This document shows positions 26,308 through 39,118 of a DNA stretch of 64,000 nt, piece by piece. Below the pieces are notes generated by a model. It made no database searches. It had not been told where the DNA came from and saw only the letters and a list, made by a program, of their open reading frames with translations. Position numbers and translations under genes: made by a program. Location of the stretch: assembly GCF_009914755.1 (NCBI RefSeq), contig NC_060926.1, one strand, 5' to 3'. How positions within the stretch are numbered: position 1 is the stretch's first letter; every line of letters starts with the position of its first letter. Origin of the DNA: the human T2T-CHM13v2.0 reference genome, Homo sapiens.

Positions 26308-27216
26308 GTTCATGTTGATATTGTGACCTCTTCCCATGAGTCATGAATGTTCTGAATGGCATCTAGAAGAGTGAATCCTTTCCAGAAGGTTTTCAATTGA
26401 CTTGCCCAGATCCATCAGAGGAATCACTATCTATGGCAGATGTAGCCTAATGAAATACATTTCGTAAATAATAAGACTAAAAAGTCATAATTACTCCTTG
26501 ATCCATGGGCTGCAGAGTGGATGTTGTGTTAGCAGACATGAGAACAACATTTATCTTCTTGTACATCACCATCAGTGTTGTCAATGAGCAATATTTTGGA
26601 AGGATTTTTTCCCCCAAGCAGTAGATCTCAACATTAGGCTTAAAATATTCAATAAACCATGCCATAAACAGATGTGCTGTTATCCAGGCTTTGTTGTTCC
26701 ATTTACAGAGCACAGGCAGAGTGCATTTAGCACAATTCTTAAGGACTCTGGGATTTGGGGAATAGCAAGTGGGTATTGACTTTAACAAAATGTCACCAGC
26801 TGCACTAGCCCCTAATAAGAGAGTCAGCCTGTCCTTTGAAGCTTTGAAGCCAGGCATTGACTTCTCTTCTCCAGCTATGAAAGTCCTAGATGGCATCTTC
26901 TTTCCAATAGAAGCCTGTTTCATCTACATGGAAATTCTTTGTTTACTGTAGCCACCTTCATCAATGATAGCTGGATCTTCTGCAGAACTTGCTACAGCTT
27001 CTCCATCAGCACTTGCTGCTTCTCCTTGCACTTTTATCCTATGGAGCTGGTTTCTTTCCTTAAACCTCATGAATCAACTTCTGCCAGCTTCAAACTTCTT
27101 CTTCAGCTGCCCACTTCATAGAATGGAAGAAAATTAGGATCTTGCTCTGGATTAGGTTTTGGCTTAAGGGAATATTACGGCTGGTTTGAGCTTCTATCCA
27201 GCCACTAAAACTTTCT
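26308..27216 (-). mobile_element. Tigger1 (TcMar-Tigger/pogo) internal transposase fragment, frameshifted
   Basis: ORF 26477-26923 reads KKMPSRTFIAGEEKSMPGFKASKDRLTLLLGA...WNNKAWITAHLF...LQPMDQGVI, characteristic Tigger1 DDE-domain text; no terminal inverted repeats seen. Confidence 0.92.
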
Positions 27217-27454
27217 ACCCCAGAGAGTAGCTAACTATAGGTAGCTCTGCAAGTCATCCTTAGAGCATTCTCAGCCTGTTACTTGTAATTTTCTTGAGAA
27301 GTTTAAATTACATGACATAAATATGAAGGTTTGAATCTTGAAAACAGAGGCCACTGCTGTCATATGAAAGTGGAAACTATATTTTTTCTTTAATGATAAA
27401 CATTTTATTTATAAGTGGATTAAATTATAAGATCAAATGGTGGTTTCAGCTAAT

Positions 27455-27610
27455 ATTTTTTAATTAATAGGCTTCATTTTTTGAATAGTTGCAGGTTTAC
27501 AGAAAGAACTGAGCTGCAAGTACAAGGAGTCCCGATATCCTCTGTCATCATCTCAAATTTCCCTTATTTTTAACATTTCACATTAGTGGTGACATATTTG
27601 TTAACAATTT
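27455..27610 (-). mobile_element. L1MC-like 3' end fragment
   Basis: tttttgaatagttgcaggtttacagaaagaactgagctgcaagtacaaggagtccc...tggtgacatatttgttaacaat. Confidence 0.6.
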
Positions 27611-27924
27611 TATTTTATGGCTGTGAATAGACTGGATTTTCTCCGTAGTGCTGTAAAATTCGTTCATTTTTATTTTCTAACCAGGAAATGAGTTGTTATA
27701 TCCATAGTAAAAGGCACGACAGTTATTTCATTTGGGATCACTCTGACAGCAGGGAGGGTCTGCAGTGTGAGACCTGCTTTTATTAAGGGACAACCTTCTG
27801 TCGTTAAATGTGAGGCTTTTCCTTAGGTAATGTGAGAATTATTTAGTCAGTTTCTAACTTAGCTTAAAAAAAATGTCCAGGTTACCTTTTCATGGAAATT
27901 GGTATGCACCCTGTGGGCATCAAG

Positions 27925-28340
27925 CTCGCGTGGAAACGTTCGTGTTACCCAGGGAAGAATTAGGAGCACGCACAAAGCGGGGACGCTCGGCCTCCTTCCC
28001 CCCGAGGCCCCTGGGAATCCCAGCATGTGGGTGCTTTACAGACGAGGCTGGGGTTGAGGCAGCGTGAATCTCCCCGTTTGCGCAGCGGGAGCCGAACGGG
28101 CCTCGGACTGACCGCTCCAGATCCCGTGGTCCGCCCACGACGCCACGCCAAAAGTAAGCGGGAAACTGACTCAAGGCCGGGATTCACATTTCAGACTTTT
28201 CGGAAGTGTGGACCGCCCAACACACTCTCTGTAGCAGTGGATTTAAAACTGCCCCATTTCCAGGCAGCGTATCTGACGTTTGCTGTGCAAAGTCAGTGGC
28301 TCTTCGGAGAGCGCATAGTGCAGCTGCTCGGCCTGCGCTG
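27925..28340. promoter_or_regulatory. Small CpG-rich promoter/enhancer-like element
   Basis: High local CpG density; GC boxes ccgccc at 28131 and 28213, ETS cggaagtg at 28201, AP-1 tgactca at 28167, E2F-like gcgggaaa at 28158, donor-like aaa|gtaagc at 28154. Confidence 0.55.
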
Positions 28341-28906
28341 GGCTGCCCCTGCCAACAGGCACCGGGCTGCCCCTGCCAACAGGCACCGGGCTGCCCCTGC
28401 CAACAGGCACCGGGCTGCCCCTGCGAACAGGCACCGGGCTGCCCCTGCCAACAGGCACCGGGCTGCCCCTGCCAACAGACACCGGGCTGCTTCTGCCAAC
28501 AGGCACCGGGCTGCCCCTGCCAACAGGCACCGGGCTGCCCCTGCGAACAGGCACCGGGCTGCCCCTGCCAACAGGCACCGGGCTGCCCCTGCGAACAGGC
28601 ACCGGGCTGCCCCTGCCAACAGGCACCGGGCTGCCCCTGCCAACAGACACCGGGCTGCTTCTGCCAACAGGCACCGGGCTGCTTCTGCCAACAGGCACCG
28701 GGCTGCCTCTGCCAACAGGCACCGGGCTGCCCCTGCCAACAGGCACCGGGCTGCCCCTGCGAACAGGCACCGGGCTGCCCCTGCCAACAGGCACCGGGCT
28801 GCCCCTGCCAACAGACACCGGGCTGCTTCTGCCAACAGGCACCGGGCTGCTCGGCCTGCACTGAGCTGCCCCTGCGAACAGGCACCGGGCTGCTCCTGCT
28901 AACAAC
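28341..28906. repeat. 24-bp GC-rich VNTR, 21 regular copies plus ~2 degenerate copies
   Basis: Unit ggctgcccctgccaacaggcaccg, period 24 from 28341 to 28844; variant units form a higher-order pattern. Confidence 0.97.
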
Positions 28907-29097
28907 AGCTTTCCTCTGTTGGAGATGTCAGAAAATCCCTGTGGCCTCATTTTAACTTTCTTGGAAGCAGTTAGGAAATACCACATTTAAACAAAATTAA
29001 GACATCTGTGGAAGGAAGTGGTTTGGTGATATTAGAAACATTTGGGGAGTCGTTGTTAAAATTTAATCGGCATCTTTGTGAACGTCCGTGGCTCTGC

Positions 29098-29156
29098 CCC
29101 ACTGCACTCCAGCCTGGGCCACAGAGCAAGACTCCATCTCAAAAAAAAAAAAAAAA
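29098..29156 (+). mobile_element. Alu 3' end fragment
   Basis: ccactgcactccagcctgggccacagagcaagactccatctc followed by poly(A); no TSD seen. Confidence 0.85.
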
Positions 29157-29574
29157 TGGGGTTTGAATTTTGTCAGATGCCTCTTCAGGATAGATGGGGA
29201 TGATCTTATTTTTATTGTGAGACCATTTAAGAGGATGAGTGATCATAGATGTCCTAATACTGAACAAGCCTAGAGTTTACACCTGGTCTCTATCACGTCA
29301 CTGTGTTGCTAGGATTTTTGTAACAATGTTTAGGAATGAGATTGGACTTTTGTTTTTTAAAAGATTTAATCTGAGATGTGTTTTGTTATTAGTAGTAGGC
29401 TCAGATCATTGAAGTATTTGGAAATTATTTTGCTATCCTCTGAAACAATTTTAATATTACGAAGCTGACTTTTTATATTTTTGAATTTAATTGAAAAGGA
29501 TTAAGCAACATAGTCATTTCTATTTTATTTGATTAGGATTTTTTGTGTGTTGTGTGTGTATACACACAAACTCA

Positions 29575-29578
<4 letters not shown>

Positions 29579-29609
<31 letters not shown>
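29579..29609. repeat. (CA)n microsatellite
   Basis: ~15 AC units. Confidence 0.95.
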
Positions 29610-29615
<6 letters not shown>

Positions 29616-30039
29616 CCCTGAGTTACTAAGAGTTTGAAGTTTTCAAGCTAGCACGGATTTTCTTATTTGTAGTACAGAGCCAGGAAATGTTATCTATACT
29701 ATTTCTTATCATGGCATAAAAGAAGTTTTCTTTGTGGCATTATGGTCAACTTTTGGGAGTGTTCTGTGGATACTTGATATAAATAGGCAGTCTAATTTCA
29801 GGGTACAGTCTCAAATCATTAGATACCTTTTATTTTTATATAGTATATATATTTATGTTTTTATATGCTTGATCTACAGTATGCTGAGGGGTGTGTTAAT
29901 CTGTTTTTTTAATATTTCTTTGTTTGTCTAATATACTTTAGCTTGCTAAATATTAACAGGCCCACTGACAGCCACATGCATTATGTATTTGTTTTAGATT
30001 TATTAAATTTAACATCATAAGATGTGCCCTTGTCAACCT

Positions 30040-31520
30040 TGGCAGTCAAGCTCTTCCTTCAACCTCTGGCGCCTGGCAAATATTTATCTGCTTTTCATTA
30101 TTATAATTTTGCCTTTTCAACAATTTTATGTAAGTGGATTTATGTCTTCAGTGTCTGACTTCCGACACGAAGCAAAATGCTCTGAAGATGCACCATGTTG
30201 TTGATGTATCAAGATCCATTCCTTATGCTGAGTAGTGTTCCACGGTATAGATGGAACATGATGCTTTTCATCCACTCAACAGATGATGGACATTTGGAGT
30301 GTTTCCAGTCTGGGGTCATTATGAATCAAGCTCTTATGAACATCATATAATACTTTATGTGGACATGTATTGTTATTTCTCCTGGACAAATACCCAGGAA
30401 TGAAATCTCTGGGCTAGAAGTTAAACTGCCACACCAAAGTAACCATGCAATTTTGCATTTCCAGCCACACTGCATGGGAGTTTCCAGAGCTCCATATCCT
30501 CATTCACACTTGATAGCGTCAGTTGTTTTCATTTTAGCCATTTAGAGGTTGGTGGCAACATCTCACTCTCAGTTCCCGTTTGCTTTCCTTAATTGTTAAA
30601 GATAATTGGGCATCTTTTCCTGTCCTTACTTGGTATCCGTATATTTTCATTGGTGAAATCAATGAAATCTTTGGTCCATTTTTTGATTGTTATCATTTTA
30701 GTGATTTATAACAGTTCTCATCTACATTTAAAAATTGATATTTAATAGATGTACATGTTTTTGATATACATGTGATAATCTGATGCATTTGTATAATCAA
30801 ATCAGGGTCACTGGGATATTCAACACCTTGAATATTTATCTTTCCTTTATACTAAGAACATTCAAATTATTCTCTTCTAGCTGTTTTGAAATGTATAATC
30901 CATTAATGTCAACTGTAGTCACCCTAATGATCTATAAGACACCTGGTCTTATTTTTTTCTAAGTGTGCATTTTTACCCATTAATCAACCTCTCATCTACT
31001 TCTTAGATTTATCTTTGCAGTTTTTGGCAGTTTTATAATGATGTGCCCATATGTGACTCTCCTTGTGTTTATTCTGCTTGTTCATAGTATTCTGCTTGTT
31101 CATGTGTTTATTCTGTTTGTTCATAGTAATTCTGAAATCTGTAGCTCAACGTCTTTTTAAAGTTTTGGAATATGCTCTGGCATTCTATCTTCATGTAGAG
31201 CATCTGCCTGATTTTTCTCTCCACTTTTTGACCAGAACCTTCGCTACTCATTTTCTGTACCTTCTTGCCTTATCCCAGTTTCTTTTGGTTTTTCTAGTAT
31301 TTTCAGTCAACTCTCAGTCTGGATGTATGTTTCTGATCTGCTTTCAGGTCAATGATTCTTTTTTCTGCTGTGTCTAAATGATTGTTAAATCCATTTATTA
31401 TCTTCTTAAGTTTATTTTACTTTTCAGTCTCATGTTTTTCATTTAGTTCCCTCTTATAGTGTCAAATTTCTGCTGAAGTTCTCCACCTTTTAATTCGTTG
31501 AACGTATAGAGCATAGTTTC
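30040..31520 (-). mobile_element. Patchwork of old L1 fragments (L1ME-like, L1MA-like 3' end near 30725-31000, ORF1-like near 31000-31520)
   Basis: gatggacatttggagtgtttccagtctggggtcattatgaat; tcaaattattctcttctagctgttttgaaatgtataat; boundaries approximate. Confidence 0.6.
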
Positions 31521-32399
31521 TTTACAATAAGTCCATTGTAAATGAGTGAATTTATTGTATCTTCTATAAGTTTAAAACTTTAAATTTTGTAAGTTTAAAT
31601 GCATGGAAGGAAATACCATATAGTGCTTAAGGACACAAACATACGTAGTAAAAATGTAAAGAAAATTATGGAATTAAAAACAGCAGACTCAGGGTGATGA
31701 TTCCCTTTGAGACAGCAGTGATTGGAAAGGGCTTAGAAAGTAGGAAATAACTGTTTTGCTTCTCTCTGGGTGAAGATAACATGTGTCTTCATTCTCCTTC
31801 TCCATGTCTTAAGAAGGTATAATCAATAAAAAGGCAAATGCACGGGTGTGTGTATGACGTAAGGCAGTGAGGAGCAAATAGCAGGACAAACAGTGCAATG
31901 TGCACCTGCTCCTCTCAGGAGGGTTTGCTGGGTGAAGCCAGGGCTGAAGCAAGGAGTCTACGCGGGAGCTGGGGCTGAGCGGGCAGCTCGCTTCAGGGTG
32001 GGCATGGGGGAGCGCAAATATTGGGTCAGCGAGTGTCTGAAAGGCAACAGAATCTCTGGTGGATTTAATAGAGGGCATGAGATAGAAGAACGAAAGTTGG
32101 CTCTGAAGTCACCCTGAGGACCAAGGAAATCCAAGGATGGAATTTCCATTTACTGAAGAGGAACACTGTGGGAGGGGCAGGCTAAGTGAGGAGAAAGAAG
32201 AGCTTGGATTTGAGCCCGTGAAGGCTGAGGTGTTGTTCCTTGTCCAAACGGAGCTGTAAAGTGCATAGCTGGAGAGGGGAGTCTAGAGTTCAGGAAGGAG
32301 CTCAGGCAGCCCAGAACGGAGGTGGATTTCACCCTGCATATGAGACATAGGACTTCTGCCTACCTTACAAAAAAAATAAGAAAAACAAAATTGAAATAT

Positions 32400-33065
32400 T
32401 AACTTAGTAAACATTTAAAAATTTTATTTAGAGACAAGTCTACCATGTCACCGTAAGTTTATGCTACTGCTGGAAATGAACAAATGTAGCCCCATAAGGA
32501 AGAAAAGTTGAGAGATGCCATATGTTTAAAGACATGGTAGTCAGACTTCTTTGTAATCACATTTCTATGATAAATGCATAGTATAATTTTTGAAGGTATA
32601 AAGACAATTTCTAAGGATTTATATTCTAGTTAATACCTACGACTCTAAACATTACTTAATACCTCATTTAAGCTGATTTCTTTTTCTCTAGTCACTTTGC
32701 AAATGGAAATGTAAGAATTGAAATTTGTGGGTCTACCCTCAAGATTCTCAAATTAAAACACAGCTACCATATACATGGCCAGATCAAATGCTTAGCGATG
32801 TTTGAAGTGTTCACAAGAGAACTATGAGCGTATAAACTGTATGATATTCTATGACACAGTAAGTGTGATAAAGTTAGTACAAAGTATTTAAAGATATGTC
32901 AGTCAGCTCTTTTTATATAGAAAAACAAAATCTTTTACATACGGAATGGAAATTTTGTAGAACAGAAGTTTTTTAAAATTTATATTAAACATTGCTTAAC
33001 TAGTAAATCCTGTCAGTGTAGAAATAATTTTTTTGTAATTCTCAAAGAAGAAAATAGTATACGCT
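32400..33065 (-). other. SH3YL1: SH3YL1 3' UTR (cleavage site approximate)
   Basis: AU-rich sequence between the TAA stop and the AATAAA signal. Confidence 0.75.
32423..32428 (-). terminator. SH3YL1: SH3YL1 polyadenylation signal AATAAA
   Basis: tttatt on the + strand ~640 nt past the stop codon; U-rich downstream element on the minus strand (32370-32392). Confidence 0.8.
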
Positions 33066-33256
33066 TTAATTCATGGTTACGTAGTTGGCTGGAAAAATGC
33101 CAGTTTGACCTCGAAGTTTTCCTTCCCACCAATCAAAATGTGAATCTGTTTTTGATATAACTGTGATTCTGTCTCCAGCTTGAAAATTCAAATCCCCAGG
33201 CTGCTGTCCTTCAAATGAATACAGCGCTGTCACTTCTATGGGTTGATTCAAATTGC
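33066..33256 (-). CDS. SH3YL1: SH3YL1 last coding exon (exon 10), SH3 domain
   Basis: Acceptor tcag|GC AAT; (G)NLNQPIEVTALYSFEGQQPGDLNFQAGDRITVISKTDSHFDWWEGKLRGQTGIFPANYVTMN*; ALYSF / WWEG / GIFPANYV SH3 motifs; 191 nt. Confidence 0.98.
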
Positions 33257-33539
33257 CTGAAACAAGAAAAAAGTATTCACGTTTATGTTCTTTAAGGGAG
33301 AAATTGGGGGTATCTGCTGGTAAGATAAAAATTAACCACTTAGGGCTTGGCATGCTGATGTCTTGGAGGCTGGCAGAAACCACAACAGTCTGTGTAATTT
33401 TCATCACATTATTAAACTTATTTTTCTCTGCACATTCTATACCTAAGGATTTAGCACATGCTTCTGGTTACAATCGTCTAAATTTTGAATAATCTATGAG
33501 ATAATACAACTTACATTTTTTCTATTTTAATATAGTCAT

Positions 33540-33900
33540 TGCTGTGGTCTGAATGTCTGTGTCCCCCTGAGATTCAAGTGTTGAAATCCTCAACCCCAAG
33601 GTGATGGTGTTAGAAGTGGGGTCTCTGGGGGCTGATTAGGTCATTACGTTTCCCCCTCATGAATGGGATCAGTGTCTTACAGACAGAGCCTGAGGGGAGC
33701 TTCTTGCACCTTCCTCCTTGTGAGGACACAGCCAGATGGCACCATCTCTGAGGCAGAAACCGAGACCTTGCCAGACACTGAGTCTCCTGGAACCTTGATC
33801 TTGGAATCCAGCCTCCAGAAGCGTGAGAAATAAAATTCCATTGTCTATGAGCTGCCCAGACTATGGTGTTTTGTTACAGCAGCTGGAAGGGGCCAAGATA
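33540..33900 (+). mobile_element. MaLR LTR (MLT1A-like) in the last intron, antisense to the gene
   Basis: tgctgtggtctgaatgtctgtgtcccc...ccttgatcttggaatccagcctccagaagcgtgagaaataaaa...gccaagata. Confidence 0.85.
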
Positions 33901-34443
33901 GTGTGACAGTTTCATGGATGGCAGATGCTGGAGAAAGGCAGATATGTGAGCTTATATCAAACCCTAGGAGATTCAACTTTAAAACCTGGCTCTTTACTCA
34001 CTGGGCTTGAAGATTGCAGCCCAGTTATATTTTGCTGTTTCCTCAGCAGACATTTCTTCTCCCTGGGCTTTGTGGCTGTTTACATTTCTGTGCTTAATTG
34101 ATCCATCCTCTCAATATCAGAGATAAGTTGGAATTAGCACAGGTAGGAGCATTTCTACATGTTTCACAAGTACTTCAATGCAATGTGTATATCCATGTAT
34201 TGCAGAAGGAAGAAAATACTTTGAGAACTGAGCAGTTAACATGAATAAAGGACATTAAATATTATAAACCACATAACATCATAAAAATATAATTAAACAG
34301 TTTTTGAGCACTCAGCTACATGGAGTCTGATGCTTCTATGCTTCATATAATTCTGTGCATAAATTAGGCAACTAGATGTACAGACATACAGAAAACATCA
34401 ATAACCAGACTCTAGAGCCAGGTCCTATTTGAACCCATAATAC

Positions 34444-34469
34444 AATAATAATAATAATAATAATAATAA
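34444..34469. repeat. (AAT)n microsatellite
   Basis: ~8-9 AAT units. Confidence 0.9.
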
Positions 34470-37400
34470 AGTGAATTTGGTCCACCCATAAGAAATAAAA
34501 ATAGTCAACACTTTAAACTACTCTGACTAAAACACTGAATTTGTAGCTCTCACAAGATGGTGCTACCATTCTTTCTTTAAAGTATGTGCCATTTAGTTGA
34601 GTTCTAAAGAAATAATCCTAATAATAATTACACTAGAGATAATACTGGTATAACTACTTTTTTCTATAATAAAAAGAATTTCTGTATATTTTATTTTGTC
34701 CTATATTTACTTTTAGTTAACAATTTTAAGGAATAAGGATAAAAGAATGTCACCAAAATAAAATTTTGACATAGTCTAGAAACAACAGAAGTTAAGTTAA
34801 ACATTCTAAGTACACGATTAAATTCTACACGTTAATGAGCAGTCGCTGCCATGCACTGTGAAAGGAGCTGTGCTCTGCCCTGGGTGGGGTACCGGGCAGG
34901 CGCTCACGCCGTGCTTCCCTGTCATCAGATCAGGATGCAAGCTAATGCTAAAGAAAAATCCATCCTGGAAATCTCTTATTCATGATTATATTTAGGATAT
35001 CCACATATAAAGCTGAATCTTAATTAACCAGAACAAATCAGTGAAGAACCTCCAGGAACTCTGTTCTCCTCCCTCTTGTCTCCCAGACACGTTAGATAAT
35101 AGGAAGAAGTGAATTAAAAGAGTGCTTGTGAACATCAGGGAATGTTCTGGGAGCCACAGCCATCTTAGCTACCATGCATTTATACACTTGCAGTCTCATT
35201 TATAAAATCAAAAATGCATAATAAGGACGACAACAATGATAACAGCAATCGATGTGCATCTGGGAAGAGCAGCCACCGCGAACTGCTCAGGCACACACAT
35301 GTGCTCCTCTTACACCGCCCACTGCAATGAGCCAGCTACTCCTATCCCACATCACAGAATTTGAAACTGAGCTTCAGAGATAACAAGTAATTTGTCCAAG
35401 GTCAGGAATGAAGCTTGTCTCCAGGTCATCCAAGACCCTCAACAACCTCATAAATATGAAATTGTGCTCAACAGACCAAACTGACATTTATCGGAGCATT
35501 TTACTTTTATGAGGCAAATGTTCAAGGGGGATTAATGTGGTGACCTGCCTCACTGGGTTTCCAGACTGTACAAATAACAGCATCTGATGCTATGGTTCTG
35601 GGTAATCCCTGATAACTGAATTGGTTCTAAGCAGTTTCAGGAATATATTTTATGAGGAATAATTAGAGAAATAAATATATTATGAACTAAGAAAGAGAAA
35701 GAAGGCGAGATCACACACCTGGTTTGGTCCCTGCCCTCACAATCAGGTGTTGGTCTAATTTTCTCTGAATTGCAGATTCCAAATGAAATGAGGATAAAGC
35801 AGAGTGAGAGAGGAGGGTAGAGGAGCAACGTGGGTGGTTTTCAGGTGCAGCTGAAGGGAAGGCCACCACTGAAGGTCTGAGGGGGCCGGGATCTCACATT
35901 TCTCCTTTACTGAGGCTAAGATGTGTGTTGACTGTTCCTTGTGCCCAATTCCTCACCCAATTGACCACAAATGCCTCTGCCTCCTGGGGAGGAGTACAAG
36001 AGAGTCAGGAGTTGAGCTGTTGTTGGAGAAACTCCATCCACATGAAAATCACAAGAGTGAGGCCAGCAGATCCAGGAGCCTATCTGCTTTCTCAGATAAC
36101 AATCCACAAGCCAGTTAGTGCTGTGCCCTGTTAGTTTTTTTCTTTGAAAAACTCCAAATGACTTAAAGTTCCTCTTTAATGTAAATATTAGAGATAATTT
36201 TCACAAGGAGAAGTTTAATGCCCACAAAGAATTCACCAATAAAAGGTGAGTCAAGTAATGATTCCTTCCATGAAGAAAAACCTTCCTGGTTACCGGGAAG
36301 CAAACCCCACTGAGTTACTAAAAAGCTAGGCATTCACAGATGCCTTTCCTTCTGCACAGCATATGCCTTTCAGCCTTATACTCATGTACTTAAAAAATCG
36401 GAAGGATCTTTGAGGGAATTGGCCATTTCCTTTATAATATTCAAGTTTAGTTGAAGTAGGGGTTATTTTTCCCAAACAGGAAGCAGAATTAGATCACAGT
36501 CAGCATTGGTGACTGGCAGCTGCCCTGAGGCCCATGATTAGAAAGGCTGGTCTGTGGATGTCCCTGTTTCACTTCCAGTCCACTTTCTCATGGAGCCTGC
36601 ATGAGGCAGACCCTGTGCAGCCAGCACCCCTGGCCTGACTGTTTCAGGAAAAAAATCACAGCCTTGGGAAGGTCACAACTAGGAGAACACAGCCTTTGCT
36701 AAGCACCCTATGAGGCACAAGATAGCCCCTACAACAAAGTGTTATCCAGCCTAAATTGTGTGTAGTGCCCAGGTTGAGAAACCCCATCCCAGACAACTAT
36801 GGGATGGGTAAGAGGACGGGGAAGAATGCTGACGCTGGAGGGTCCAAGCTTTTGATTATGAAACCATTCCTTCCAGAGTCCCTAGAGGGAAGATCAGAAA
36901 ATTGGACTGTGCATTTGCAAGCCTTGTCTCTCTCAGAGGCCCAAGAACTACACAGCTGGACCTTCCAAAGGGCAAAGCCAAAAGATGGTGGGAGGAAAGT
37001 ACAGGTGATGTAGCTGATCATCACACCCAGCAGCCCCTCCGTGGGGCTGAGACAGATTCAGGAGCTCGCACGTGGAGGACTCAGTGTCCTGCTTCATCAG
37101 GTTTTCAATTTAAGGCTCGGGCCCTGGGGCCATGTAACTGTGACTTTTCTCTGCAGCGATGGTAAGCAAACATGAGGAAATCCTTGGTAAGAGGTTAATG
37201 CCTTCACAGCTGCGTTTAAAAAAATTCCGTAACGTAAAGTGAGTTTTATTTAAAAAGTGGACTGTAAATCTTCCCTTTTAATTTTTTCTTCAAGAACCTC
37301 TTTGGAGAATGGGCTAAAGGAATATTAACTCAGTTGTAACTGAGTTACCATTTACCTTGTCCTGTCCTCAAATACAAACACAGAAGCAACGGAGAAACCA

Positions 37401-37882
37401 ACCATGGCAAGTGATGTTCCCTTTGGGTCCCACAGCTGGTAAGTGAAAGTACGGGGGTTCGAACTGGAATCTCTGTCTCCACAGCCCACTTAGAGTTTAA
37501 TTTCTTATCAGGAAACGTTTTTCCTTGGTGCTGTTTATAGGAAGTTTCTAATAGAGAAAGGAACTCTAGTTCCCAATGTCACATTACCAAGGCATTCTTT
37601 GGGGGATCTGTGGCCTCAGCTCTTTTTCAGCCAGCTTCCCTCAGCTCTGTCTCTCTGTAGGGATCCCCTCCCTTCCCAAGCAAGTGCAGCCAGTCAGCTG
37701 ACCTTGTCAAGTTTAGGAGCACTTTAACAACCAGATACCTAAGTCTAAGTCTAATCTTGAGTCTTTAAAAGTAAGAGGCTGTGTAAGATAAAAATCTAGG
37801 TGTTTACGCTGTCTTGGTGTCAACATTTATACCTTAACCACTTTTGCTTCTACAGGATGTGTATCCAAAGGCCAAACTTTTC

Positions 37883-37959
37883 ATGTCTCTTTAAATCAGC
37901 CTGTAATGTGGGTGTGAACTTGATGTCTCTTTAACATGGCCTGTAACATGGGTGTGAAC
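37883..37959. repeat. 40-bp tandem duplication, 2 diverged copies
   Basis: atgtctctttaa...cctgtaa...tgggtgtgaac at 37883 and 37923. Confidence 0.85.
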
Positions 37960-38778
37960 CACAAAGGGTGAAACACATTTTTAAAACCTCTCAGAGCTTT
38001 CTCTGCATACCTAAGACCATGGCACAGCATCTTCTGTAGGTGAGCCCCCGACCATCGCACCTGCTCTCCATACAGGACTCTAGGAGCAGATGCTCAACCC
38101 CCTCGGAGGAGAAACATCTGGGAAAAACACTGGAGTGGGCTCCCAGGAGGGGAGGCCAGGGTGAAAAGAAAGGTCACCAACCCTAAATCCATCAGGAACA
38201 TGCTGACCTCTCTTCAGGGGATGCTGCTTAAGAGACCTTTTCAACATATTTTTATCTGCATGATATAAATTTTTAAAATATGCTTGAGTACCTAATTTTT
38301 GGTATTTTATTTACATGAAATGTTTAATTCTCCGACAGTTTTATATCCAGCAGCATATAGCTTTGTGACTCCAATGACGAAAGTATTCAATGTGAAAAAA
38401 TAAACAGGCTATTTTATGATTGTTTAACTTTGCCCTCAATTTGTGTACCACTCACATTTGCAAATAATTGCTCAATTCTCTTCAGGGAAACCTCTGAAGA
38501 ATATTTAAGTAAGACAGATTGAAGGACCATTTTTACTATGGTAAATCTTAACAAGTTTTATAAAGTAGTTTCCAGTAATAACAAAACATTTGAATGTGAA
38601 AAATAAAATTCTTAGAAATATAAAATTTATGGTGCTAAAACACAGAGAAAATGGAATAAGGATGAAATTGTAATTCAGAATTAGCAAACTTTCTCATTTT
38701 ATCTCCATTGTAAATTCAAAAGCTTCCAGACAGCAAATGTGGAGGAGATCACATGCTCCTCAGATGATGCCATGGCTC

Positions 38779-38916
38779 CCGGGGCTCAGCAGCCCTGTCC
38801 CCAGCACACACTCCCTACACAGATAACACTGACGGTTAGCTCCTATCCGGGGCTTAGCAGCGCTGTCCCCAGCACACACTCCCTACACAGACAACACTGA
38901 CTGTCAGCTTCCTATC
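38779..38916. repeat. 68-bp tandem duplication, 2 copies
   Basis: ccggggctYagcagcSctgtccccagcacacactccctacacagaYaacactgac at 38779 and 38847. Confidence 0.92.
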
Positions 38917-39118
38917 ACCCTCATTACCTTAAAGGCAAGTAAGATAACAAAAGCATAGCATTTTCTAAATGAAGTACTTCTCAAAAGAATGTGAATATTC
39001 TATAAATTAAAGGGCTGAACACTTCCCAGAGATTTTCATAACCTGTCAGATTAATTAGGAAGTTTGTGATCACAAAATGAATATGAATCATTTATAACAT
39101 ATAGATTTACTGATTTAC

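Noticed and set aside
26477-26923. TIGD1-like domesticated transposase gene
   Set aside because: Partial, frameshifted internal fragment of Tigger1.
28027-28986. Cys/Pro/Gln-rich ORF (CPCQQAPG)n resembling SPRR/keratin-associated proteins, plus overlapping ORFs
   Set aside because: The 24-bp unit is stop-free in most frames on both strands, so the resemblance is compositional.
33257-33407. N-terminal extension of the SH3 ORF in the track (MMKITQ...FFLVS)
   Set aside because: Intronic sequence upstream of a canonical polypyrimidine tract and AG acceptor at 33257-33258.
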